DNA of 64,000 bases from an uncultured Desulfobacteraceae bacterium (GTDB lineage Bacteria; Desulfobacterota; Desulfobacteria; Desulfobacterales; UBA11574): positions 7,266 through 71,265 of the forward strand of contig CAYPIW010000033.1 in assembly GCA_964410925.1 (NCBI GenBank), written 5' to 3'. Under the pieces are notes generated by a model. That model worked only from the letters and a program-made list of their open reading frames with translations, was not told where the DNA came from and searched no databases. Position numbers and translations under genes: made by a program. Positions 45,921 through 55,351 of the stretch are shown here, one piece after another. Every line of letters begins with the position of its first letter. Position 1 is the first letter of the stretch.

Positions 45921-46838
45921 TTATTGCCGCCAAATCGTCGCTTTATTGCCGACAGAAGTACGAAGTTCGCGACCCTCACCCAATGGTACAACTTTGTATG
46001 CGAAGTCTTCCCAAGTATTGTCTTCATTAATTACGAAAAGCTTCTTGCCATCGGCGAACCATTTCCCGGAATACTCTTTTTTGCTTTTATCCTCCAGCCA
46101 GATCCCTCCGGCTCCGACAAGCGCATGGGAGGTGTTGACACGATGCCATCGTCCATCGGCGGAGAAGGTGAGATGACTCTTATCTTCCGATACCGACTGG
46201 GCTGCCGTCCAGGCTGTTTGATAGATCCTGTCAGGATTTGCCAGTGAGGCAGTGGCATACTTGTTCCATGTACCGACAAGGGCCTGATCCAGCTGCCCTT
46301 CTCCGAACACAAACGACGTAAAGACTTTTGTCAATGAAGCGTTACGCTTATCGATTAGTCCCTTGTGGGCGATCGCGGAGAGGACAAGCGCGACATCTTT
46401 AACGATAACGATATAGGCACGACCTTCGATCAGTTTGCCGAAATTATTGTTGCCAGCCCAACTAAAAACGACACCCTGCGTACCCATTAGCTTTACATGC
46501 TTTCGATCTTTCGAGAGCTGTAGTTGCGGCAGGACAGATCGCACCTGCTGATCGACATAACTGATGACTTGCGGATCGTCCGCCCGGGAGATGCCGCTCC
46601 CCGCTGTACTCTCTCCGCTGACAAAATAGAATTCCGAAGGCCCTTCCTGCGTCGTCACAACGTCCTTGGGTACAAGTTGCAGCGCTCCATCCATCTCCTG
46701 AAGTCGCCAGCTTTGCGGATACCAAAATGTAAGCCCTGTCGGATGGTGATAGACATTTCCCTTTTCGGACGCATCAAGCTCTATCGCGCTGATGACAATA
46801 AAGATACATGCAAGCAGATAATGAACAATTTTTCTCAT
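45921..46838 (-). CDS. Hypothetical secreted protein
   Basis: N-terminal signal peptide MRKIVHYLLACIFIVISAIELDAS. No recognisable domain. Confidence 0.6.
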   Translation of the reverse strand: MRKIVHYLLACIFIVISAIELDASEKGNVYHHPTGLTFWYPQSWRLQEMDGALQLVPKDVVTTQEGPSEFYFVSGESTAGSGISRADDPQVISYVDQQVRSVLPQLQLSKDRKHVKLMGTQGVVFSWAGNNNFGKLIEGRAYIVIVKDVALVLSAIAHKGLIDKRNASLTKVFTSFVFGEGQLDQALVGTWNKYATASLANPDRIYQTAWTAAQSVSEDKSHLTFSADGRWHRVNTSHALVGAGGIWLEDKSKKEYSGKWFADGKKLFVINEDNTWEDFAYKVVPLGEGRELRTSVGNKATIWRQ

Positions 46839-47198
46839 AACAGCCTCCTTATGGAAATTCAGTTCTTGTTACGATCATAACGTACTCTTTGCGTATAATA
46901 AGATAAATCAGGAACATGTATCTTGCCCAGACCGGGGTAACGCGAACTTTTACGGTGTAAAGTTCATCCTCAATGAGATTGAGAGAGTGCCGAGTGTATT
47001 CACCCTATATATAGTTTCATAAAAAATATGCCAAAACTATATTATATTGAAACATTTATAGATCTTATGCATATTACAGAGAAGTTTTTAGAATAAACCC
47101 CGCGTGAATTCCAGAGAAAAAACGTTTCGCAGGGCATATTTTTAACCCTTCGGTTTCGACCAACAGTGCGGGGTCCCTTTTGGGCGGCCCCTGCTATT

Positions 47199-47618
47199 TT
47201 ATTTCCTTAAGACGGAGCTCTTGATGCGTAACAGACGTTTAATTTCAGATGCTTGTCGCAACGCATGTTCCGTTTGGCGTGTATTGGCAAGGCGCATTGA
47301 AAACCTGGCGGCCTCTAAAGGCTGTTCTTTTTTACTTTCAAGGTTAAGCCGATACCAATAAGGCAGGTCGTTTTGGTAGGTGGAAACCAGGTCTGAACAG
47401 TGACGGCGTATGGACGCCCCTCGATCTTGTATTTGCGCGCCTTGATTATTCTGCGGCCGGCCGTCTTGCAACATATCCAGCAACGCCCCAATATCGGATA
47501 TAAGCCGGCACTTAATCTTTAGATATCTGCCGATGGGTAATATCCAAAAGCGAATGATAATATAGCCCAAAAGGCCGGCAATAAAGCTGAGTAAGGCCGC
47601 AACATAGATCGGTTCCAT
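47199..47618 (-). CDS. Hypothetical protein with one N-terminal TM helix
   Basis: MEPIYVAALLSFIAGLLGYIIIRFWILPIG. No recognisable domain. Confidence 0.5.
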   Translation of the reverse strand: MEPIYVAALLSFIAGLLGYIIIRFWILPIGRYLKIKCRLISDIGALLDMLQDGRPQNNQGAQIQDRGASIRRHCSDLVSTYQNDLPYWYRLNLESKKEQPLEAARFSMRLANTRQTEHALRQASEIKRLLRIKSSVLRK

Positions 47619-47807
47619 TAAGATCTCCCGGTGGGCACCTGTTAAAATATGTCAGCATGTTATCAGCGATTCCAATGGGTCTAACCCGTTTCCATACATA
47701 AAATCACCTGATTCACGACTTGCATTCATATTTCAATATCTCCAATTAGTCAAGAACGCCCAGAGTGTTCCTTCCGAGCAGACTTCTTCGAGTTCAAAGT
47801 AGACAAA

Positions 47808-48056
47808 TTTGATTTTGGTGCAGCGTAGCGACAGGGTGTTTTTCCTGGAAACCGACTGACTGCTTGAAAGGCTTTAGCACGCGTTAGCCTGAGCCGGATG
47901 AAATTATAACTTAGAAAATCAATGGGATCATTCAGCCACCAATTGTTCTTGACACCTCTGGCGCGGTTCGGGCTTACGGGTGCTAAAGCACAAGTTTCAG
48001 TCGGTTGGAAAGAGATATGCGCCGTCGTGGAGCGTTCTCCCTGTATTGGGATTCAA
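47808..48056. repeat. Inverted pair of family-D repeats (about 70 bp each) separated by about 100 bp
   Basis: 47808-47880 (tttgattttggtgcagcgtagcgacagggtg...accgactgactgcttgaaaggctttagcac) matches the reverse complement of 47979-48056 (gtgctaaagcacaagtttcagtcggttggaaagag...ctgtattgggattcaaa). Confidence 0.65.
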
Positions 48057-48141
48057 AAACGTTTACCCTGTTTCAGAGTTTCTCACTCTTTCTATGATTA
48101 AAAGAAAAATGAAATTTTGGAGGACGACAGGAGACCCGTTT

Positions 48142-49428
48142 TTATCCGAGAAAAAACGAACAGGCCAGCACTGCAAAGATCACTCCAGTCGCATCGGCGG
48201 TCAACGCTGCGGCAAGTGAATGGCGGATGCGACGGACCTGTACAGCTCCAAAATAAACCGCCAACACGTAAAAGGTGGTTTCGGTGGATCCCTGCAGCGT
48301 GGAAACCAGATAACCGGTGTAACTGTCCGGACCGATGCCCGGATCGTTGATGATGGAAGCTAAGATGCCATATGCACCGGATCCGGAAAGCGGTCGCATC
48401 AATGCCATGGGAAGGGCCTCCGCCGGCAGGCCCAAACGCCCGGTCATGCCTCCCAGCGCACCGACTACAGCATCCATCATGCCGCTTGCCCGCAGCATAT
48501 CTACTGCTACCAGTATGGCTACAAGATAGGGAATAATGCGAACGGCCACCTGAAAGCCGTCTTTGGCGCCTTCGACAAATACTTCATAAACGCGCACGCG
48601 GCGCACTATACCAAACCCCAAAAATCCAACCATAAGTGCCGGTATGATCCATGGCGATACGGACCTCCCATAACACACGGCAACGGGGATCAACGCAACC
48701 AGGGCTGCGAGGGCCACAAGGCTGACCCACAAAGGATATCCCTGGGCAGCGTCTTTGAGCGACATTTTCTCTCCATCCTTTGACAAAGACTCCTGTAAAA
48801 CAGCGCCGTCATCAACCCTAACCGGCGACACTCTTTGGTATAGTTTGGCTGCAACCACGGCAACAGTGGTAGAACAAATAGTGGCAAACAAGGTGGTGGG
48901 CAAAATTGCCGCAGGATCTGATGAACCGGCCGCTGCGCGAAGGGCGATAACACCGGTAGGCAGCAGGGTTATACTGGAGGTATTTATGGCCAGAAACAGG
49001 GCCATGGCGTTGGTGGCCGTACCGCGCTGGGGGTTCAGCGTGTCAAGTTCCTGCATGGCACGGATGCCGAACGGGGTCGCGGCATTGCCCAGTCCCAGCA
49101 TGTTGGCCGCAAGATTCAGGATCATTGCGCCCATGGCCGGATGATCGGCCGGCACATCGGGAAACAGCTTTACCATTACCGGACGAATCAGCCGCGCCAG
49201 GATGGTGAGCAACCCGCCGGCTTCGGCCACTTTCATGAGTCCCAGGAAAAGGGCCATCACACCCACTAGGCCAATGGCCAGCTCCACGGCGCCGGTGGCC
49301 GACTGGATCATGGCATTGGAAAGAACCTCCATGGATGAAGGACCGCCATTCACGGGAATAGAGAAAACCTGATGCCAGCCGGCAAAAAAGAAAGCACTCA
49401 GTACAATGATTACGAATATGACGTTCAT
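48142..49428 (-). CDS. Nucleoside-recognition (Gate) domain membrane protein, SpmA/SpmB-fusion-like
   Basis: Polytopic and Gly/Ala-rich. The two halves resemble Gate domains (LGLMKVAEAGGLL... and ...GYLVSTLQGSTETTFYVLAVYFG). Confidence 0.75.
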   Translation of the reverse strand: MNVIFVIIVLSAFFFAGWHQVFSIPVNGGPSSMEVLSNAMIQSATGAVELAIGLVGVMALFLGLMKVAEAGGLLTILARLIRPVMVKLFPDVPADHPAMGAMILNLAANMLGLGNAATPFGIRAMQELDTLNPQRGTATNAMALFLAINTSSITLLPTGVIALRAAAGSSDPAAILPTTLFATICSTTVAVVAAKLYQRVSPVRVDDGAVLQESLSKDGEKMSLKDAAQGYPLWVSLVALAALVALIPVAVCYGRSVSPWIIPALMVGFLGFGIVRRVRVYEVFVEGAKDGFQVAVRIIPYLVAILVAVDMLRASGMMDAVVGALGGMTGRLGLPAEALPMALMRPLSGSGAYGILASIINDPGIGPDSYTGYLVSTLQGSTETTFYVLAVYFGAVQVRRIRHSLAAALTADATGVIFAVLACSFFLG

Positions 49429-49431
49429 GAA

Positions 49432-49641
49432 TTATTCATCATTAATAACCATATAGCCTTTCAATTTTTCCATCAGAGAATCAGGCAATGTTTCTTTATA
49501 AATAAACGCCTGAGCTTCCTCTCCGGTGATCTTTTCTTTGATTTCAATGGGTAGGGCGCGCAAAACCGCCATACGCTCAGGATCGGGTCTGTCCTTACGG
49601 GGTCCGACTTTTTTATTCATCATTTCCTCCTGACTTTTCAA
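49432..49641 (-). CDS. Hypothetical 69-aa protein, tightly packed between the CAP and Gate genes
   Basis: There are 4-nt and 3-nt intergenic gaps on either side. Charged, with no recognisable motif. Confidence 0.5.
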   Translation of the reverse strand: MKSQEEMMNKKVGPRKDRPDPERMAVLRALPIEIKEKITGEEAQAFIYKETLPDSLMEKLKGYMVINDE

Positions 49642-49645
49642 GTAG

Positions 49646-50524
49646 TCAATTATAAATGAGTTTGCAACTTATGTCAGTGATTGAATCATAGTTGTTTTTG
49701 ATTAAAAGGTAAGTGTCTTTTTGCGCCAATCTTCTATCAGAGATATGGGTTTGGTTTATGGTTTTGTCATGGGATTTGTCCGAACCCGTTTTGATAAACG
49801 CATTCATATGACTAAGTGAATCAAAAAAATACATGTCCACGGGACTTGATGATTGGATTCTGATATCTACAGGGTAAGATTCTTGAAAACCAAAAGATTC
49901 ATCATTCAGGTTAACCTTGACGTAATAATCGGGTTTCAATGTCCATTTATTACTGACAATAAAATCAGCACAATTAAAAATCACATAACAAGACAAGTTA
50001 TCGCAAGTTACGCCAACCGCTCCATGAGTAAAAAATTTGTCCCTGTCAACGATTACCCACCTATGGCCCGGACTACTCATCCAACCCTCCACAACGACAT
50101 CAGGTATATTTTCTGTGCTTGCTTTAAGCATAAAAAGATTTTCGGCAGCCACTATAAAGAAAAGATCTTGGTTTTTTAAACGGTCTGCCACACCTGCGCC
50201 TTCAACATTATGATGTGAGAAGGTTTTATGTGTCCGAAGATCTGTAATATGAGCCTTTGCAGCCTGGTGAATCCTTTCATCCCATTCCAGAGCATTATTT
50301 CCCAGCTCAAGCCTTTTGTGATTTATCTCATCGAATATTTCTTTTGCCAAAGACGTTTCATCGACCCCTGAGGACCCATATGTCTTTATTAATGCCGGGC
50401 TTTTAGATGTCTGTATTAGAGAAAATTTTATTATCACGGAGCGTAATAATAAAAGTGATGACACAAAACCCAATATCAAAACAATCGGAACGATGTATTT
50501 TGTTTTTTTTGACGGTCTTTCCAT
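49646..50524 (-). CDS. CAP/SCP/PR1-like (YkwD-like) domain protein with an N-terminal anchor and an extra C-terminal domain
   Basis: N-terminal TM. CAP motifs LEWDERIHQAAKAHITDL...FSHHN...AENL...VVEGWMSSPGHR. Confidence 0.8.
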   Translation of the reverse strand: MERPSKKTKYIVPIVLILGFVSSLLLLRSVIIKFSLIQTSKSPALIKTYGSSGVDETSLAKEIFDEINHKRLELGNNALEWDERIHQAAKAHITDLRTHKTFSHHNVEGAGVADRLKNQDLFFIVAAENLFMLKASTENIPDVVVEGWMSSPGHRWVIVDRDKFFTHGAVGVTCDNLSCYVIFNCADFIVSNKWTLKPDYYVKVNLNDESFGFQESYPVDIRIQSSSPVDMYFFDSLSHMNAFIKTGSDKSHDKTINQTHISDRRLAQKDTYLLIKNNYDSITDISCKLIYN

Positions 50525-50638
50525 GGTAACCCCGTTATATGAAAATCTGCGTCTAATATCTGTTCAATATCTTCTCCGACGATTCTCATGGGCTTTATCT
50601 ATATCCCGTTCTTTTCCCCAAGGGTCAAATTTCAATGG

Positions 50639-51580
50639 TTAGTTTGCCACCTTCTTCAAATGGTCCTGATATCCCAATCCTTCATAAATTTTATAGATCA
50701 TCTGTAACCACTTATTTGCTTTCGAGTAGAAGTGAACTTCGGGAACATATCCCCGGCTCAAGTCCACAAGAAACTGGGTAAAGATGATCCACTGCATGGC
50801 TTCATCAATCTTATCCAGAACGGCAGAGTGGTAGCGAAATTCGATGGTGGCGCGATACCAGTATGAATGAAGATTCAGGCCATGATAGCGGGTTTTATCA
50901 TACCGGGGGTTCCTGGCTGATTCTGTATCGTATCGATTTTCGGGTGAATACCAGAGTTGCCTGATCCGACAATCTTGAGTTTCTAATCTACATTCACAGG
51001 TGTCCAGAAACGCTTGCACATCCACTTCCATGGGCCGGCAGGTTTCGGCATTTTGCCGATCTCCCGGGATAAGCAGATAAAATTGATCTTCGTATTCATG
51101 CACGATACGAATAAGTTGCCGAAGCTGATTGCAGCCGTATTTCTCAGGATCAACACCGTGATGAACATGAAATCCGCAGGTGTTATCGATATCGATCCCG
51201 TCGATATCACATAGAAACTGAAAGGCCCGGTAGGCTTGAACCAGGCCTTGTATACCCTTTAAAATCGGGCTGGTCAGTTCGGTACCATACTGTGTATGCC
51301 CCTTTCCTCTGACGGAAGAATCCGGTTCAAAATGCCACGAGTTACTGTCGGAGCCGATAGGGATTTTATAGGTCTTACAAAGATCTAAAAAGTGCCGGCC
51401 GTCTCTGGCACGGGATGAGATGCAATAGGGTTTAATGATATTACCGTCAATTGGAGCGATAACATAATTCAGCCCAAAAAACTCGATCTCCACACCAAAG
51501 GGGTGATCGGTGAAATACTGTAACATGGGGTACTTGGACTTAAGCTGTAATATCAGGTTGTTAGATTCCATCGTCATCAT
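50639..51580 (-). CDS. Putative amidoligase (glutamine-synthetase-like Amidoligase_2 family)
   Basis: FGVEIEFFG, GTELTSPILKG, CGFHVHHGVD and GLNLHSYWYRATIEFRYH follow the family pattern. RBS AAGGAAA precedes the ATG at 51580. Confidence 0.8.
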   Translation of the reverse strand: MMTMESNNLILQLKSKYPMLQYFTDHPFGVEIEFFGLNYVIAPIDGNIIKPYCISSRARDGRHFLDLCKTYKIPIGSDSNSWHFEPDSSVRGKGHTQYGTELTSPILKGIQGLVQAYRAFQFLCDIDGIDIDNTCGFHVHHGVDPEKYGCNQLRQLIRIVHEYEDQFYLLIPGDRQNAETCRPMEVDVQAFLDTCECRLETQDCRIRQLWYSPENRYDTESARNPRYDKTRYHGLNLHSYWYRATIEFRYHSAVLDKIDEAMQWIIFTQFLVDLSRGYVPEVHFYSKANKWLQMIYKIYEGLGYQDHLKKVAN

Positions 51581-51648
51581 ATGTTTCCTTAACAAATGTT
51601 CCGATAACGCGCTGCCCCACTTATATTTCGATCTTTTTTTAGAATGGT

Positions 51649-51715
51649 AAGGTGTCAGTGTTCAGGTTTCAGCTTTTCAAGTTTCTCGACCCTGACACCT
51701 GAAATCTGACACCTT
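51649..51715. repeat. Solo GGTGTCAG/GGTTTCAG hairpin module upstream of the amidoligase gene
   Basis: aaggtgtcagtgttcaggtttcag - loop - cctgacacctgaaatctgacacctt. Confidence 0.75.
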
Positions 51716-51887
51716 TTCCCCAAAGCTGAATACCTGGCGCAGACGAACATGAATTTTCATATTGCCAACAGCCGTGATTCACACCCGAATTTATTGATAT
51801 CGCAATAATAAAATAACATATTGAACCTTAAATGTCGAGACTAAAATGCACATAACCAACTATTTTTATTGATCTTTGAGAGAGCTT

Positions 51888-52904
51888 TTAGAATTGATAT
51901 GATATACTGAGCGAACCAAATGAATCCGCACTGTCTTGCCTGTGGTATTCTTTGGTGCGATAAATTTGTGTATAACTCATACGGACCCGGTGTACCTGGA
52001 TCGCGATACCGACCTGTAGATCGCCAACCCATAGCTTTTTATCCACCGAATGGCTATTGGAGAAGGTATTTCCGTCAAGAAATATATTATACAATACAGC
52101 ACGTCCTTCTATACCGGAGAATACATACCAGTTAAAACCTTTCCTGCCGCGAAAAAAACCGCCGCCCGGTAAGCTCGGCTGGATTCGTGGCGGACCGAAA
52201 TCTTCATCCAGGTCCGGCCCTATCCTTAGGGTCAGGCCGGCGGAAGCATAGGTAAAAACATTGCCAAGACTGCCACCAAAATGGGGAATAACATCATACT
52301 CTAAACCATATAACAACATATTTTTTTCCAAGCGTCGCGCCTGCTCATAGAACACGTTTATACCCGGCTCATTTTCCAATTGATGATCCCATCCCTCGGG
52401 CTTTCGCAAATCAAAGATAGAATGCCATTTTTTTTGCACTTCTTCAGCATATGATAATGGGCCGACCACACCGATATCGATCTCAAGTTTGTCATAGCGT
52501 TTACTCCCCTGGTTCGCAACCAGCCCGAAGCCCAGATACAGCCAACCCGCATAAGGCCGATCTTCCTTAATCAACTGAGGATCGGTAATATCTTCGGGGG
52601 TATAAATATTCTGGCCGATTGAAATGCTGGCTCGTGCCTGCAGCGCATTTTCGGGGTGTGTAAGCACATCTTCCTCAATGAACCAGGGGAGTTTGGTTGC
52701 TGCATTCGTAATCCATTGTATGGGTTGGGTCAGGCAATTAAAGCGGGTGCCGTGAGTGAAATGCCTGTCAGTTCCGCCGCCGAATAAATCATTTTCCAAT
52801 TGCACGCTGCACGTAAGACCGGGCTCATCGGCCGAAGCCGACCGAGGGTCATCGTAAAAACACAAGATCGTCAAGATAAGTATAAGTACTCGAACAAAAA
52901 ACAC
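51888..52904 (-). CDS. LpxR-family lipid A 3-O-deacylase-like outer-membrane protein
   Basis: Signal peptide plus LENDLFGGGTDRHFTHGTRF. The beta-barrel-like C-terminus ends in YQF. GTG start. Confidence 0.8.
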   Translation of the reverse strand: MFFVRVLILILTILCFYDDPRSASADEPGLTCSVQLENDLFGGGTDRHFTHGTRFNCLTQPIQWITNAATKLPWFIEEDVLTHPENALQARASISIGQNIYTPEDITDPQLIKEDRPYAGWLYLGFGLVANQGSKRYDKLEIDIGVVGPLSYAEEVQKKWHSIFDLRKPEGWDHQLENEPGINVFYEQARRLEKNMLLYGLEYDVIPHFGGSLGNVFTYASAGLTLRIGPDLDEDFGPPRIQPSLPGGGFFRGRKGFNWYVFSGIEGRAVLYNIFLDGNTFSNSHSVDKKLWVGDLQVGIAIQVHRVRMSYTQIYRTKEYHRQDSADSFGSLSISYQF

Positions 52905-52924
52905 CGGACAACCCCTTTTTCAGG

Positions 52925-53087
52925 GGGAGCATTACCGATCTGTTAAAATGGTTTTCACCCATTAACTTATTATTTTTTGAGCGAAAACCTTGCAATCAGG
53001 TGTCAGGAGTAAGAAATGAATTAGCTGACACCTGACACCTGAGGCCAAAAAGTCTTGGATAGCAATTAACAAACTGGTAATGCACCC
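52925..53087. mobile_element. MITE family A, copy with TSD TTTTCAGG
   Basis: gggagcattaccgatctgttaaaatggttttcaccc ... aaactggtaatgcaccc. 8-bp direct repeat TTTTCAGG at 52917-52924 and 53088-53095. Confidence 0.65.
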
Positions 53088-53217
53088 TTTTCAGGTGGAT
53101 TTAATGGCAAAACTCAGTTTAGGCCTGTTGACATTCAATATCTCTTTTTTGTAAAAAAGCAATTCAAAATGGGTGGGGTCCAAATTTCAAAATGCAGGGC
53201 AAAAAAATTGACGGCCT

Positions 53218-53350
53218 CGTAAAAGTCACAAAATACTGTCATCCGTCATTCTGGAAAAAGAAGAACTCAAATTTTTTTCAAGCATTTTAGACCATCTGGA
53301 CTCCGGTTTTCACCGGAGTGACGAATTTTTACGGAGCCGTCAAAATTGAC
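53218..53350. repeat. Dispersed repeat family C-related sequence
   Basis: cgtaaaagtcacaaaatactgtcatccgtcattctgg ... ctggactccggttttcaccggagtgacgaatttttacggagccgtcaaaa. Confidence 0.45.
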
Positions 53351-53452
53351 TTCAAGGGAAACAGTATTATTAATTAAATGAACAGGAAAAAAATCACTCA
53401 AACTTGGTTTAAGGAAAAACTCCCCGATTCCCCAGTTATTCAGGAGGTTAAA

Positions 53453-53812
53453 ATGGAATGTGAACGATGTAAAAAAGTCATAGGAAAAGGAGAAGAGCGG
53501 AAGCATCACAGCCGGATCTTGTGTGAGGATTGCTATATGGATTTACTTTCTCCGGCCCGAACGTGTGATCCATGGGCGGTTCACAGTGCCCAAACCCTTG
53601 CCAAAAAGAGCGGACGCAGTCTTGATCTGACTGAAATCCAGAAAAAAATTCTTGAAATTGTCCAAGAGGTCGGGGGTGAAGAACCCGGTGTAATCGCAGA
53701 AAGGCTTCAAATCGAACCGGCGGATCTTGAACGGGAGGTTGCGGCACTCCGGCATATGGAGAAAATAAGGGGGGAACTGAGGCAAGGGAAAAAATTTCTA
53801 ATTCCCTGGTAA
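53453..53812 (+). CDS. Small protein with an N-terminal Cys-rich (CxxC...CxxC) motif and a C-terminal winged-helix-like domain
   Basis: RBS AGGAGG precedes the ATG at 53453. MECERCKKVIGKGEERKHHSRILCEDCY...CDPW, then LTEIQKKILEIVQEVGGEEPGVIAERLQI. Confidence 0.55.
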   Translation: MECERCKKVIGKGEERKHHSRILCEDCYMDLLSPARTCDPWAVHSAQTLAKKSGRSLDLTEIQKKILEIVQEVGGEEPGVIAERLQIEPADLEREVAALRHMEKIRGELRQGKKFLIPW

Positions 53813-53858
53813 TCTGCTATTCCGATTCCTGTAACGTCTTCATATTCATTGGAATAAC

Positions 53859-55058
53859 TTACATGGCAAATTTGCCGTTTTCATAGATGGTAAGCTTTTT
53901 GCCGGATACAAGATGAGCGGAAACCCTTTTCTCTTCAGTGTTGACAAGGTCCCAGTGCAGGGCGGAGTCGTTGAACCCCAGATCCTTCTTTTTTTCTTTG
54001 GTTAATTCCTGCAAATTGCCGCTATACGTATCCGCATAGGAAGCACCCAACGCCACGTGGCAATTGCCGTTCTTCCCACCGTAGTTCTCATCAAAAAGCG
54101 TGTTTGCCATGAATGTATCAATCTTGGAAAGTCTTTTGTCTGTGAGAGAAAATTCGCCCAGCTTGCTGGCTCCCTTATCCATTGAAAGCTGTTTGACGAC
54201 AAAATTTTGTCCCTTCCGGGCCTGGATGCTAACCGCAACGCCTTTTTTAAATTCAAGCCTTACGCCTTCTACATAATTTCCGCTTCGAAACGAGGGCTGA
54301 TCCGCAAAGTATATTCCGCTGGTTCCTCTCCAGTCCGGTGATAAAAATATTTCAAAGCTCGGAATGTTATGACCAGAAATTCCGATCCATTTTCTTTTTT
54401 CCCCGGGTGTTATTTTAAGATCAGTATTTGCAGATTCAATATGATAGAAATTTACTTTCATACTGTTGAGCCATTTTTTAATGGATGTTGCATTTTTAAA
54501 AACATTTTGCCAATGCGAAACCGGTGACCTCCTGTTGAGAAAACATGCTCTTATAATCTGGCCTGCATATTGCCGCAGGGAGAGTCCGGCATGCCGGGCC
54601 TGTTCTTCTGTGGGGTAATTGCACAAGGTCCAGCCGAAAGCGCCTGCCTGATCTCGATCATCGAGAATATCCCGCAAATATTTTCTGGCTATGGCAGCTT
54701 TTCCAATCTTTTTGGGATCCACATCGCTCAAGTGGGTAATAGATTCCGGGGCATGCAAAAAAATAGCTCCGTTTAATTTTTTAAAAAGTTCTTCCTCACC
54801 GGGGGGCTGGAAGACAATCTGATTGTTAGTTGCAAGCCTGAAAAAATTTCGCTCCATGGCCGATGTCAGATTGAGGCGCAGGACGGGATTCATCCCTCTA
54901 TCCAAAAGTTTGGCGTAAACAATTTCAGCCAGAGGGTTGGCCGGTATATTGTACCGTATGAGCACAATGTCTTTTTTTTTGAATCTGCCACTGCGGGATG
55001 TTTTAAGCCCCCATAAGAGCACATCCGCATATCTGTCCAGCTGACTTTGGGTAAACAT
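53859..55058 (-). CDS. M29-family aminopeptidase (AmpS/PepS-like)
   Basis: MFTQSQLDRYADVLLWGLK... and ...NCHVALGASY...LHWDLV are characteristic. The first 35 codons of the listed ORF are repeat-derived and rejected. Confidence 0.88.
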   Translation of the reverse strand: MFTQSQLDRYADVLLWGLKTSRSGRFKKKDIVLIRYNIPANPLAEIVYAKLLDRGMNPVLRLNLTSAMERNFFRLATNNQIVFQPPGEEELFKKLNGAIFLHAPESITHLSDVDPKKIGKAAIARKYLRDILDDRDQAGAFGWTLCNYPTEEQARHAGLSLRQYAGQIIRACFLNRRSPVSHWQNVFKNATSIKKWLNSMKVNFYHIESANTDLKITPGEKRKWIGISGHNIPSFEIFLSPDWRGTSGIYFADQPSFRSGNYVEGVRLEFKKGVAVSIQARKGQNFVVKQLSMDKGASKLGEFSLTDKRLSKIDTFMANTLFDENYGGKNGNCHVALGASYADTYSGNLQELTKEKKKDLGFNDSALHWDLVNTEEKRVSAHLVSGKKLTIYENGKFAM

Positions 55059-55065
55059 ATTTTTT

Positions 55066-55135
55066 TTCCTTTTGATAGTCTCGTAAAAAGTCATAAAATA
55101 CCGTTTTCTCTCCGAGCCGGAAGCCGTATGTATCG
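55066..55135. repeat. Dispersed repeat family C copy abutting the aminopeptidase start
   Basis: ttttgatagtctcgtaaaaagtcataaaataccgttttctctccgagccggaagccgt (reverse translation ...FYETIK). Confidence 0.55.
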
Positions 55136-55351
55136 TTGGCATTTTTAAACTTGTCAATATCAACCATGGCGATGGAGAATGTTTTGTTGTAGCGATCAGA
55201 TCTTATTAACTCATCCTGAAGCCTGGACATAAAATAACGTCGAATATACAGTCCAAAACCTGTATAAATTTTATATAATGAAATCAGGGTGTATTGTCAA
55301 TAGGGTCACCGCGTTTGATTTCGGTACAGGGCAGTCACTGGCGTCTTTCTA

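Noticed and set aside
45644-46030. 128-aa plus-strand ORF upstream of and overlapping the secreted-protein gene
   Set aside because: It has no RBS or motif. It overlaps the 3' end of the better-supported minus-strand gene 45921..46838 and the glutaredoxin-like remnant on the opposite strand.
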